From Candidatus Zixiibacteriota bacterium (lineage in GTDB: Bacteria > Zixibacteria > MSB-5A5 > UBA10806 > 4484-95), in NCBI GenBank assembly GCA_037441845.1, contig JBBIRK010000002.1, forward strand, positions 224,001 through 288,000: a stretch of 64,000 nt of DNA. Reading direction: 5' to 3'. Below the pieces are notes generated by a model. That model had not been told where the DNA came from and did not search any database. It saw only the letters and a program-made list of their open reading frames with translations. Of this stretch, positions 52,369-62,154 are shown in pieces. The translations under genes were made by a program, and so were the position numbers. The stretch's first letter is position 1; each line of letters starts with the position of its first letter.

Positions 52369-53082
52369 ATGGATCATATGGCAGACAACCTGAAAAAACT
52401 CGAACGCAGAATCGAAACGGCCTGCGCCGAATCGGGGCGTCGCCGAACCGAAATCACTTTGGTGGCGGTCACAAAAGGAGTGCCGCCCGATATGATTCGA
52501 ACGGCTTACGCCGCCGGATTGCGCGATTTCGGAGAAAACAGAGTGCAGGAAGCTTTCAGGAAAATACCGGCTTTGAACGCCGAATTCGAAAATCCCGGAC
52601 GACCCTCGTGGCATATGATAGGCCATCTGCAAACCAACAAGATAAAACAGGCGATCGGGTTATTCGATCTCATCGAATCGGTGGACAGCTTCAGGCTCGC
52701 CGAGGCCATGAATGCGCAATTGGCCGCCGCAGGGCGCAAGATGCCGGTGCTTCTCGAAATCAATTCCTCCGGCGAACCCGCCAAATACGGCCTGAAACCA
52801 TCGGAGCTTCTCGATACCGCCCGACGTATCGAGCGTCTCGGCAATCTGGATATCCGGGGCGTGATGACGGTGGGCCCGCTCACCGACGATGTCGATCTGA
52901 TCGAAGCCGCTTTCGCCGAAACCAGAAATTTGTTTCTTGAGCTAAAGGCGGTTTTGGGCGATAAAATAACAACGATGTCCATGGGAATGTCCGGCGATTT
53001 CGAATGCGCCATTAAATACGGCTCCACCGAAATTCGTATCGGCACGGCGATTTTCGGAGGCGGCCGACAAGCGAGGGAATGA
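52369..53082 (+). CDS. yggS: PLP homeostasis protein YggS/PlpHP
   Basis: LVAVTK, FGENRVQE, HMIGHLQTNK, SMGMSGD, RIGTAIFG. Confidence 0.95.
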   Translation: MDHMADNLKKLERRIETACAESGRRRTEITLVAVTKGVPPDMIRTAYAAGLRDFGENRVQEAFRKIPALNAEFENPGRPSWHMIGHLQTNKIKQAIGLFDLIESVDSFRLAEAMNAQLAAAGRKMPVLLEINSSGEPAKYGLKPSELLDTARRIERLGNLDIRGVMTVGPLTDDVDLIEAAFAETRNLFLELKAVLGDKITTMSMGMSGDFECAIKYGSTEIRIGTAIFGGGRQARE

Positions 53083-53089
53083 GGACGAT

Positions 53090-53701
53090 ATGAAAATCAC
53101 GCCGCTCGAAATAAGAAAACACGAGTTTGCCTCGGCGTTTCGCGGATTCGACAAAAACGAGGTTGCTTCTTTCATGGAAAATCTGGCTTCTGATATGGAA
53201 CAACTCATCGAGGAAAACCGCGATCTGAAAGAAAAATTGAAAGCCGCCCAGGAAAAACTCGACGGTTACGCCAAGATCGAAACCGTGCTACAGAGCACTC
53301 TGGTTACCACTCAAGAAACCGCCGAGCAGATAAAGACCGCGGCCCAGGAAAAAGCGGATCTGATGGTCCGCCGGGCCGAAACCGAGGCCGAACGGATCAT
53401 TCAAGAGGCATACGAGCGGGTCGGCGAACTGCGGCGCGAATGTTCGACGTTGGCAAGCCAAAAAGCTTCTTTTCTGGTCAGTTTCCGTTCGCTGCTCGAA
53501 TCGGAGTTGAAACTGCTCGAATTGATGGAAAAACAGGCACGTCAGGAAGAAAAACCGATCGTTATAAAAAGAAAACCCGAATTAAGCGACGAAGAGGTGG
53601 AAAGACTGACCGAGGAATTCACTAAAGAAACGGCCAACAGAATCAGGGGCATCGAAAAAGCGTCCGGAGAAAAAGCACCAGGCGCACAGCCCGGCAGTTA
53701 G
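53090..53701 (+). CDS. divIVA: DivIVA-domain protein
   Basis: ITPLEIRKHEF...RGFDKNEVASF followed by coiled coil. Confidence 0.88.
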   Translation: MKITPLEIRKHEFASAFRGFDKNEVASFMENLASDMEQLIEENRDLKEKLKAAQEKLDGYAKIETVLQSTLVTTQETAEQIKTAAQEKADLMVRRAETEAERIIQEAYERVGELRRECSTLASQKASFLVSFRSLLESELKLLELMEKQARQEEKPIVIKRKPELSDEEVERLTEEFTKETANRIRGIEKASGEKAPGAQPGS

Positions 53702-53711
53702 AGGGAGTCTT

Positions 53712-54539
53712 ATGGAAAATCTCAAACAGATGATCGACGAAACGCTCGCCTATATCAGGACCAAAACCAGCGACAAGCCCAAAATCGGGATTATTCTCGG
53801 TACCGGTCTCGGCGGCCTGGCCAAAGCCGTCAAACGCGAAATCGAAATCCCCTATGACAAGATTCCCAACTTCCCGGTTTCGACCGTGGAAAGCCACGCC
53901 GGAAAATTGCTGTTCGGAACGGTGGGCGGCAAACGAGTGGTGGCGATGGAGGGGCGCTTCCACCTGTATGAGGGATATACCTTGAAACAGGTGACGTTTC
54001 CGGTGCGGGTGATGAAAGCGCTGGGGATCGAGACATTGATTGTCTCGAACGCGGCCGGCGGACTCAACCCCCAGTTCTCCAAGGGCGATATCGTGCTGAT
54101 CACCGACCACATCAACCTACAGGGCGATAATCCGCTGATCGGCAAAAACGACGATTCTTTGGGACCACGCTTTCCCGATATGTTCGATTGCTACGACAGC
54201 GGCTTGAAGAAGCTGGCGATCGAGGTGGCGCGCGAGGAGAAAATCGTGATCGGACGCGGCGTTTATGTTGGTGTGGCCGGGCCTAATCTCGAAACCGCCG
54301 CCGAATACCGCATGCTTCGCATAATAGGCGGCGATCTGGTCGGCATGTCATCGGTGCCCGAGGTTATAGTCGCGCGGCATCAGGGAACGAAAGTGCTGGG
54401 ATTCTCGGTGGTGACCGATATGGGGCTGCCCGATGCGCTCGAACCGTGCTCCCACCAGAAAATCGTGGCAGCCGCGGAAACGGCCGGGCCCAACCTCTCG
54501 AGACTTATCGAAAAAATAGTGGAACGGATGCAGGTTTGA
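53712..54539 (+). CDS. punA: Purine-nucleoside phosphorylase (trimeric type)
   Basis: IILGTGLG, STVESHAG, GRFHLYEG, GPNLETAAE, VGMS. Confidence 0.93.
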   Translation: MENLKQMIDETLAYIRTKTSDKPKIGIILGTGLGGLAKAVKREIEIPYDKIPNFPVSTVESHAGKLLFGTVGGKRVVAMEGRFHLYEGYTLKQVTFPVRVMKALGIETLIVSNAAGGLNPQFSKGDIVLITDHINLQGDNPLIGKNDDSLGPRFPDMFDCYDSGLKKLAIEVAREEKIVIGRGVYVGVAGPNLETAAEYRMLRIIGGDLVGMSSVPEVIVARHQGTKVLGFSVVTDMGLPDALEPCSHQKIVAAAETAGPNLSRLIEKIVERMQV

Positions 54540-57500
54540 TGTACAGACAATACGATCAAGAATTCAATTTCCCGGCGCTCGAAAAAGAGATTTTGAAATT
54601 TTGGGAAGACAACCGTATTTTCGCCGGGCAGCTCGCGCTAAGGAAAAACGCACCCAGGTTCGTTTTCTACGAGGGACCTCCGACCGCCAACGGGCTTCCC
54701 CACGTCGGACATGCTCTGTCCAGAACCATCAAGGATTCTATCTGCCGCTACCAGAGCATGAAAGGATTTTTGGTGGAAAGGAAAGCCGGCTGGGACACGC
54801 ACGGCTTGCCCGTCGAACTTAACGTGGAAAAAGAACTCGGCCTCGAATCCAAAGAGCAAATCGAGGAATACGGGATCGCCGAATTCAACCGGCGCTGTCG
54901 GGAATCGGTGTTCACGTATAAAAAAGAATGGGACGAATTCACCAGAAAGCTGGGCTACTGGCTGGATCTCGAAAACGCCTATATCACTTACGAAAATTAC
55001 TATATCGAAACCGTCTGGTGGATCCTGAAAAAGTTTCACGATGCCGGTTTGCTTTATCGCGGCCACAAAATCGTTCCTTGGTGTCCTCGTTGCGGCACGG
55101 CTTTATCCTCGCACGAGGTGGCTCAAGGATATGATGAAGTAACCGACCCTTCAATCTTCGTGAAAATGAAACTGAAGACGGCGGACAACACGTATTTCCT
55201 CGTCTGGACGACCACTCCATGGACCTTGATTTCCAACGCCGCCGTCGCCCTCTCGGCGAACGAGCCTTATGTCACCATCGTGCACGAAGGCCAGCGGCTG
55301 ATTCTGGCCAAACAAAGACTGGGAGTAATCGACGGGGAATATCGCATTGTCGAGGAGAAACCGGGGCGGGAATACGAGGGCGTCGAATACGAGCCGTTGT
55401 TTTCTTTTTTGAAAGTCGAGGCGGCAAAAGCCCATTTCGCCACGACCGCCGAATTCGTTACTATGGATGACGGCACCGGAATCGTTCATATCGCGCCGGC
55501 GTTCGGCGAGGACGATTATGAGTTGGGCAAAAAGTGCGGCCTGCCGGTGCTGCAGGCGGTTGACACGCGGGGGAATTTTATCGACTCCGTAGCCGATTGG
55601 AAAGGCCGGTTCGTCAAAGAGGCGGACCCGCTGATTACCGAAAATTTGAAGCAAAGAGGCCTTCTCTACAAGGCGGAACAATATACGCATACTTATCCGT
55701 TCTGCTGGCGATGCGATACGCCGCTTTTATATTACGCCCGCAGCTCCTGGTATATCCGCACCACCGCTTTCAAAGACCGCTTGATCGAGGCCAACCGCCA
55801 GATCACCTGGTATCCGGAGGAAATCGGACGCGGCCGTTTTGGGGAATGGCTGGAGAACAATATCGACTGGGCGCTGTCGCGGGAAAGATACTGGGGGACC
55901 CCCCTGCCGATCTGGATCTGCCAGGCCTGCGGCAAAGAAAAAGTTATCGGCGGTATCGAGGAGTTGAAACAATGCTCGTCCGGTCTGCCCGATAAAATCG
56001 ATCTTCACCGACCGTTCGTCGATTCGATCGTTTTCGCCTGCTCGGATTGCGGCGGAAAAATGAATCGCGTAAGCGAGGTGATCGACGTCTGGTTCGATTC
56101 GGGGGCGATGCCTTATGCACAGGTTCATTATCCATTCGAAAACGCCGACCGATTCGAGCCCGATCTTTTCCCGGCCGAGTTCATCGCCGAGGCTATCGAT
56201 CAGACCCGGGGATGGTTTTATTCGATGCTGGCGATCAGCGTTTTCATTAGCGGCAAACCCAGCTATAAAAGATGCGTGGTGAACGATCTGGTGCTCGACG
56301 CCGAGGGAAAAAAGATGTCGAAACGGCTGGGCAACGTCATCGACCCGAGCAAATCGATGGAAACCTACGGCGCCGATATTCTGCGATGGCATCTGATCAG
56401 TTCGTCTCAGCTGTGGCTGCCCAAAAGATTCAGCGAAAGCGGCCTGGTGGAAACCCTGCGCAAGTTTTTTTCCACATTGCAGAACAGCTATTCGTTTTTC
56501 GCCCTGTATGCGGATATCGATAGGTTCGATCCGGCCGCCGGCGGCGAAAAAGAGTTTTCGGTCCTCGATCGCTGGCTTGTCTCCCGGCTCAACGGCTTGA
56601 TCAAGTCGGTCGGTGAATCTTATGACGCCTATGATTTTAACCGAGCCGCCAGAGCGATTTCGAATTTCGTCATCGAGGAGCTTTCAAATTGGTGGATAAA
56701 GCGATCGCGAAAGAGATTCTGGGGCGCGGCGATGAGCCCCGACAAGCGGGCGGCTTATTATGTATTGTTCGAATCTCTGCTTGCCGTGGCCAAGCTGATG
56801 GCTCCCATTTCCCCGTTTTTCGCGGAGGATATATTCAGGCGGCTGACCGAATCGTTGAAAGGGTATCAGCAATCGGTGCACCACTGCGATTTTCCTCGTC
56901 CCGATGAGTCGCTGATCGACAAGAATCTCGACTATGCGATGAGTCAGATCCAAAATATCGTCAGTTTGGGGCGGGCAGCCCGTAAGGAAGCCGGAATCAA
57001 GGTAAGGCAGCCGTTGCGGAAATTGGTAGTGATCGATTCCACCGGCAAGCCGCCTGCCGGTTTTACCGAACTGAGCGGAATAATCCTCGACGAACTCAAT
57101 ATCAAGAATATCGAGTTCACCAGCGATGAGGAAAAGTTCATCAAGACCACGGCCGAGCCGGTTTTCAAAGAAATCGGCCCAAAATTCGGCGCCTCGGCGC
57201 AGAAAGTGGCGGCGGCGGTCAAGAATCTAAGCGCCGCCCAAATCGCCGAATTGAAAGAAAATGGAGCCGTTTCGATCGATTTGGAGGGACGACGAATTAT
57301 GTTGACCTCGGCCGAAATTGCCATTAAAGTATCACCGTCGGCCGGATACTGCATGGCCGCCGACAGCAAGATCAAGGTCGCAATCGACCTGGAATTGGAC
57401 GAGCAGTTGCGGGCCGAGGGATTCGCCAGAGAGCTGGTGAACAAAATCCAGAATATGCGTAAGAACGCCGGGTTCGAAGTCACTGACAGGGTCAAGGTCG

Positions 57501-57664
57501 GGGTCAGCAGATCGCCCCAGACCGAGCTGGCGCTTGCCCGCTATGCCGAATATATAAAGAACGAAACCCTGGCGGTGGAAATCGGACATGCCATCGAAAA
57601 GGGGATAAATCAAAAATGGGACGTCAACGGAGTGGAAACCGTTATCGCAATCGAAAAAATCTAA
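54539..57664 (+). CDS. ileS: Isoleucine-tRNA ligase, type 2
   Basis: GPPTANGLPHVGH, GWDTHGLPVE, WTTTPWTL, KMSKRLGN, EGFARELVNKIQ C-terminus; ATG 54539 overlaps the punA stop (TGATG). Confidence 0.96.
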   Translation: MYRQYDQEFNFPALEKEILKFWEDNRIFAGQLALRKNAPRFVFYEGPPTANGLPHVGHALSRTIKDSICRYQSMKGFLVERKAGWDTHGLPVELNVEKELGLESKEQIEEYGIAEFNRRCRESVFTYKKEWDEFTRKLGYWLDLENAYITYENYYIETVWWILKKFHDAGLLYRGHKIVPWCPRCGTALSSHEVAQGYDEVTDPSIFVKMKLKTADNTYFLVWTTTPWTLISNAAVALSANEPYVTIVHEGQRLILAKQRLGVIDGEYRIVEEKPGREYEGVEYEPLFSFLKVEAAKAHFATTAEFVTMDDGTGIVHIAPAFGEDDYELGKKCGLPVLQAVDTRGNFIDSVADWKGRFVKEADPLITENLKQRGLLYKAEQYTHTYPFCWRCDTPLLYYARSSWYIRTTAFKDRLIEANRQITWYPEEIGRGRFGEWLENNIDWALSRERYWGTPLPIWICQACGKEKVIGGIEELKQCSSGLPDKIDLHRPFVDSIVFACSDCGGKMNRVSEVIDVWFDSGAMPYAQVHYPFENADRFEPDLFPAEFIAEAIDQTRGWFYSMLAISVFISGKPSYKRCVVNDLVLDAEGKKMSKRLGNVIDPSKSMETYGADILRWHLISSSQLWLPKRFSESGLVETLRKFFSTLQNSYSFFALYADIDRFDPAAGGEKEFSVLDRWLVSRLNGLIKSVGESYDAYDFNRAARAISNFVIEELSNWWIKRSRKRFWGAAMSPDKRAAYYVLFESLLAVAKLMAPISPFFAEDIFRRLTESLKGYQQSVHHCDFPRPDESLIDKNLDYAMSQIQNIVSLGRAARKEAGIKVRQPLRKLVVIDSTGKPPAGFTELSGIILDELNIKNIEFTSDEEKFIKTTAEPVFKEIGPKFGASAQKVAAAVKNLSAAQIAELKENGAVSIDLEGRRIMLTSAEIAIKVSPSAGYCMAADSKIKVAIDLELDEQLRAEGFARELVNKIQNMRKNAGFEVTDRVKVGVSRSPQTELALARYAEYIKNETLAVEIGHAIEKGINQKWDVNGVETVIAIEKI

Positions 57665-57680
57665 AAGGCGCGGGGTTGAT

Positions 57681-58067
57681 TTGAAAAAGGCCGATCTGAA
57701 AAAATACGAAAAACTTTTGTTGGAAAAGCGGGCTCAACTGATCGAAGAGCTGGGGTTGCTCAAAAAAAACGCCATGGGAAGCACTCTCAAAGAGATCACC
57801 GGCGATCTTTCGTCATATTCATACCACATGGCCGACCAGGGAACCGACTCCATGGAAAGAGAAAAAGCCTTCCTTTTCGCTTCCAAATCGGGACGATTGC
57901 TTTATCATATAGACGAGGCTCTGCGGCGTATCCGCAACAATTCTTACGGCATCTGTATCGAGTGCGGCAAACCGATCGATGCGGCCAGGCTCGAGGCCGT
58001 CCCCCACGCCAGGATGTGTATAGCCTGCAAAGAGGCGGAAGAGCAGCGTAAACGACGTGAGGCCTGA
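57681..58067 (+). CDS. DksA/TraR C4 zinc-finger protein
   Basis: HMADQGTD, YGICIECG, RLEAVPHARMCIAC. Confidence 0.9.
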   Translation: MKKADLKKYEKLLLEKRAQLIEELGLLKKNAMGSTLKEITGDLSSYSYHMADQGTDSMEREKAFLFASKSGRLLYHIDEALRRIRNNSYGICIECGKPIDAARLEAVPHARMCIACKEAEEQRKRREA

Positions 58068-58587
58068 GCTGAAGCGTTATCTGGCCCTGGCGCTGGCGAT
58101 CGTTCTGATCGATCAAATCTCGAAATTAGTGATCAAAGAAACGATGACGCCCGGTCAATCGGTCGCGGTTCTGGGCGATTTGCTGAGATTCACTTTTATC
58201 TACAACGAGGGCGGCGCCTTCGGCATCAGATTCGGCGGCAGAATTTTCCACCTTATAATGTCGCTTCTTGCCGCCGCCGCAATCACCATCTATATTTTAA
58301 GGACACGCCACGATAGACTTTTGCCACGTCTGCTGTTGGCTTGTATCATCGGCGGGGCGATCGGGAATTTCATCGACCGCATTTTCGCCGGCCGTGTGGT
58401 CGATTTCATCGATATCAACATTCCCGATATCAGCATCCCGGCGTTCAGCTTGTCGACCTGGCGTTTCGAGGGTTTCGAACTTTACCGCTGGTACACATTC
58501 AATTTCGCTGACATGGCCGTAAGTCTCGGGCTTATCGCATATATGTTGTTCTTGATTATCGAAGGCCGAGGCGGTCGAACTCCGTAA
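58057..58587 (+). CDS. lspA: Lipoprotein signal peptidase II
   Basis: DQISK, NEGGAFG, GAIGNFIDR, VVDFI, FNFAD. Confidence 0.94.
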   Translation: MRPELKRYLALALAIVLIDQISKLVIKETMTPGQSVAVLGDLLRFTFIYNEGGAFGIRFGGRIFHLIMSLLAAAAITIYILRTRHDRLLPRLLLACIIGGAIGNFIDRIFAGRVVDFIDINIPDISIPAFSLSTWRFEGFELYRWYTFNFADMAVSLGLIAYMLFLIIEGRGGRTP

Positions 58588-58683
58588 AAGGCCGGCATCG
58601 AATCGGTGCGCGAAGAGCCGCACATGACGCAGCCGCCGGATTAAGGCGACAAGAACGCAAGACCAGCCGCCCCGAAAACGAAA

Positions 58684-59655
58684 ATGGCGGAATCAAGCAT
58701 CAGACTCGAGGTAAAGCCCGAAGAAAGCGGTCTGAGAGTGGACATTTTCTGCGCCCGCAGAATCGAGGGGTATTCGCGAAGCCATTTTATCAAACTGGCG
58801 ACGGCCGGGCATATAAAGATCGATGACCAATCGGTGAAACCATCGCACCGGCTAAAAACCGGTCAAATAGTGATGGTTCGTATGGTCTCCCCCCCGCCGA
58901 TCGAGGCGGCGCCGGAGGAGATTTACCTCCCGATCGTTTACGAAGACGAACATTTGGCTGTCATCGATAAACCGGCAGGCATGGTCTGTCATCCGGCGGC
59001 GGGAAATTACACCGGCACACTGGTGAACGCTCTCTTGTTCCATTTCAGCGGCATGAAACGATTCGGCGATCCGATCCGCCCCGGAATCGTCCATCGACTG
59101 GACAAGGGAACCTCGGGACTGATGGTTGTGGCCAAAGACGAACAAACCATGATCGCCCTGCAAAAGATGATCAAAGAGCGGACGATCAGGCGGATCTATA
59201 CGGCGATAGTTTGGGGCAGGATGCCGAGCCGCTCCGGCATCATCGATCTTCCGCTGGGCCGCAATCCACAAGACAGAAAAAAAATGAAAGTCCACGGAAT
59301 GGCGCAGCGGCCGGCCCGAACCGCCTATGAATCGCTAAAGAGTTATTCGGCAGCGGAAATATTGTCGCTGAAACTCGACACCGGAAGAACCCATCAAATT
59401 CGAGTGCATTTATCGCATCTCGGACATCCAGTTATCGGCGACCCGACCTACGGCGGCCGAGCGGCGGCAGTGGTGAAACTCACGCGTTCGCTCAAACCTC
59501 TCGGACTGGAAATCCTGAAAGCGATCGACCGTCAGGCGTTGCACGCCACCAAACTGGAATTTCAGCACCCAATGACCGGCATGCCGCTAAGTTTTCAAGC
59601 CAAAATCCCCGAGGACATCCAAAAAGTGATTGAAATCCTCGAACGGCTCGGCTAA
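58684..59655 (+). CDS. rluD: RluD-like 23S rRNA pseudouridine synthase
   Basis: S4 domain, KPAG, HRLDKGTSG, TGRTHQIRVH, QALHA. Confidence 0.9.
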   Translation: MAESSIRLEVKPEESGLRVDIFCARRIEGYSRSHFIKLATAGHIKIDDQSVKPSHRLKTGQIVMVRMVSPPPIEAAPEEIYLPIVYEDEHLAVIDKPAGMVCHPAAGNYTGTLVNALLFHFSGMKRFGDPIRPGIVHRLDKGTSGLMVVAKDEQTMIALQKMIKERTIRRIYTAIVWGRMPSRSGIIDLPLGRNPQDRKKMKVHGMAQRPARTAYESLKSYSAAEILSLKLDTGRTHQIRVHLSHLGHPVIGDPTYGGRAAAVVKLTRSLKPLGLEILKAIDRQALHATKLEFQHPMTGMPLSFQAKIPEDIQKVIEILERLG

Positions 59656-59730
59656 TTAATCGCCCGAGGAGCAGCCCGGCTCGGTTGCCGGGGATCAGGC
59701 GGATTCAAGATTTCGCAAGGAGGTTTTGAG

Positions 59731-60213
59731 ATGGAGATCAAAGCGGTCAGAATCGATATCCCGGAAGGGGTCAATTTCATACTGGGACAGGCTCATTTTA
59801 TCAAGACCGCCGAGGACGTTTACGAAGCGATCGTCGGCAGTTGCCCGGGAATAAAATTCGGCCTCGCGTTTTCGGAGGCCTCGGGGCCGTGCTTGATTAG
59901 ACACGAGGGAAACGACGAGTCATTGCGCCGGCTGGCGATCGATTCGCTCATGGCGATCGGCGCCGGGCATTGCTTTGCGATTTTCATTAAGAACGCTTTT
60001 CCGATCAACCTGATGCCCGCATTGCGCAGCGTGCCCGAGATGGTGAAATTTTTCTGCGCCACCGCCAACCCGGTCGAGGTTCTGGTGTGTCGCAGCGAAC
60101 AGGGCGGGGGAATCGTGGGAGTGATAGACGGCTTCGCACCCAAAGGGATCGAAAACGAAAGCCAGCGACAGGCGCGCATGAAATTTTTGAGAGATATAGG
60201 CTACAAGAATTGA
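59731..60213 (+). CDS. Adenosine-specific kinase family (DUF355)
   Basis: ILGQAHFIKT, FSEASG, GHCF, FPIN, ATANP, GVIDG, IGYK; AAGGAGG SD. Confidence 0.87.
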   Translation: MEIKAVRIDIPEGVNFILGQAHFIKTAEDVYEAIVGSCPGIKFGLAFSEASGPCLIRHEGNDESLRRLAIDSLMAIGAGHCFAIFIKNAFPINLMPALRSVPEMVKFFCATANPVEVLVCRSEQGGGIVGVIDGFAPKGIENESQRQARMKFLRDIGYKN

Positions 60214-61166
60214 TACGTTTCGACGGCGGAATCCATATCGGCGACGAGGTGATTCTCGATCCCACGCGTAAAAAACCCAGAGCTTTCATAAGCCACGCCC
60301 ATTCGGATCACCTAAGGCGGCACCGGACCATTCTGGCGACGGCGGAGACCATCTCATTGGCCAGACCCAAAGCCGGCGAATTCGAGGGGATAATTCTCGA
60401 CACCGGCAAAACCTATCGGCTCGAATCGTGCCGAATGAGACTCGAATCGGCCGGGCATATCCTCGGCTCGAGCCAGTTCATTATCGATCATTCGCAAAAA
60501 CGGATCGTTTACACCGGCGATTTCAAATTGGGGCATAATCCGATCTGCCCGCCGGCCGAAATCCACCAATGCGATATTCTGGTGATGGATACCACGTTCG
60601 GCCATCCGGCGTTCAGATTTCCCGATTTCGGTGAAGTTGTCGGAAGGCTGCTCGAATTCGTGGACGGTTGCCGGCATAAAGGAGCGGCGCCGATAATCTA
60701 CGCTTATTCTTTGGGCAAAGCGCAGGAGATAATCAGAATTCTCAACGACGACAAAATCCAGGTTCTCGCGGCGGCGGGTATATGCGAATATGCCGCTATC
60801 TACGAGCGACATGGTGTGGAACTGGGCGATTATCACTTGTTCGAGGGGCAATATCCGGAGGACGGCGTAGTGTTGATGCCTCCCGGTGCCCGATTCGCCG
60901 GCGACATTTTGCCCGGATATCGGAAAAAAAGCTGCCTGGTGTCAGGCTGGGCGGCGTCCCCGCGGTTCGGGTTCACCAAGTATTACGATCAGGCGATCCC
61001 CTTGTCGGACCACGCCTCGTTCGACGATCTTCTGCGCTATGCGGAACAATCGGAAGCCGAAACGATTTATTGCTTGTTCGGGTTCGCGGAGATCGTGGAA
61101 TGGCTGAAACGCCGCGGGCTGAATGCGATGCAGGTATCGTTGAAAGCGACGCCGAAAGTGTCTTGA
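60210..61166 (+). CDS. Metallo-beta-lactamase/beta-CASP-type nuclease
   Basis: SHAHSDH, AGHILGS, YTGDF, DTTFG, YSLGKAQE, LSDHA; TTG 60210 overlaps the upstream stop. Confidence 0.85.
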   Translation: MIRFDGGIHIGDEVILDPTRKKPRAFISHAHSDHLRRHRTILATAETISLARPKAGEFEGIILDTGKTYRLESCRMRLESAGHILGSSQFIIDHSQKRIVYTGDFKLGHNPICPPAEIHQCDILVMDTTFGHPAFRFPDFGEVVGRLLEFVDGCRHKGAAPIIYAYSLGKAQEIIRILNDDKIQVLAAAGICEYAAIYERHGVELGDYHLFEGQYPEDGVVLMPPGARFAGDILPGYRKKSCLVSGWAASPRFGFTKYYDQAIPLSDHASFDDLLRYAEQSEAETIYCLFGFAEIVEWLKRRGLNAMQVSLKATPKVS

Positions 61167-61186
61167 TACAAAAAGAAAGCTTCAAC

Positions 61187-62107
61187 ATGCGACAAGCGTT
61201 GATCACGGCAAGAAATCTTTACAAAAAGTTCGGTGATCTGGTGGCCGTCGACCATATCGATTTCGATATCGACGAGGGTGAAACTTATGGTTTTTTGGGA
61301 CCCAACGGCGCCGGCAAGACCACCACCATGAAGATGATCTATTGTTTCGTTCTGCCCGACGGCGGCAGTTTGACGGTGGACGGTTTGGATGTGTTAAGGC
61401 ACCCGCGCAAAATCAAGCAGAAACTGGGCGTCGTGCACCAGGAGGACTCGCTCGATCCCGATCTGACGGTGAAGAAAAATCTGATAACTTACGCCCGCTA
61501 TTTCGGATTGTTCGGCAAGTCCGTTTCCGACCGCGCCGACGAGTTGATAGATATGATGTCGTTAAGTGATAAAAAAAATACCGTGATCGAGGAATTATCC
61601 GGCGGCATGAAAAGGCGGCTGATGATTATCCGGGGGTTGATAAACGATCCGAAAATACTCATACTCGACGAGCCGACCACCGGCTTGGATCCGCAGGCCC
61701 GTCACCTTGTTTGGCAAAAGCTGCGCGCCCTCAAGAAATCCGGGATAACCATACTGTTGACCACACACTATATGGAAGAAGCCGAGCAGCTTTGCGACCG
61801 GCTGGCGATAATGAACGACGGCCGGATAATCGCCAGCGGATCGCCCGCCGAATTGATCGGAAGATTCGCCGCCCCAGAGGTGATCGAGCTGCTTGAACCG
61901 GAGCCCGAGGTGATCGCCCGGCTGCCGGCGATAATCGACGGCAAGGGTACGTTCGAGAGGCACGAGGACGTGTTGTATATTTACGGCGGCGATCTATCGG
62001 CGATCGTTCCCGCCCTGAGAAAATTTAAAACGCGAGCGGTGCTGGAGAGAAAGGGAAATCTGGAGGACGTTTTCCTCAGACTTGCCGGCCGGGCATTTAG
62101 GGAGTGA
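61187..62107 (+). CDS. ABC transporter ATP-binding protein (NodI/DrrA-like)
   Basis: GPNGAGKTT, LSGGMKRR, ILDEPTTGLDP, TTHYMEEA; true start ATG 61187. Confidence 0.9.
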   Translation: MRQALITARNLYKKFGDLVAVDHIDFDIDEGETYGFLGPNGAGKTTTMKMIYCFVLPDGGSLTVDGLDVLRHPRKIKQKLGVVHQEDSLDPDLTVKKNLITYARYFGLFGKSVSDRADELIDMMSLSDKKNTVIEELSGGMKRRLMIIRGLINDPKILILDEPTTGLDPQARHLVWQKLRALKKSGITILLTTHYMEEAEQLCDRLAIMNDGRIIASGSPAELIGRFAAPEVIELLEPEPEVIARLPAIIDGKGTFERHEDVLYIYGGDLSAIVPALRKFKTRAVLERKGNLEDVFLRLAGRAFRE

Positions 62108-62154
62108 TCGCGAACTCGGGGTATTCCGATGAAACGCTCGGGAAACGGCCGCCG

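Noticed and set aside
54446..54538. ORF-track N-terminal extensions (ileS, csp, nuclease from 60087, ABC ATPase from 60782)
   Set aside because: They overlap upstream genes or terminators; downstream starts fit SDs, stop-start coupling and family N-termini better
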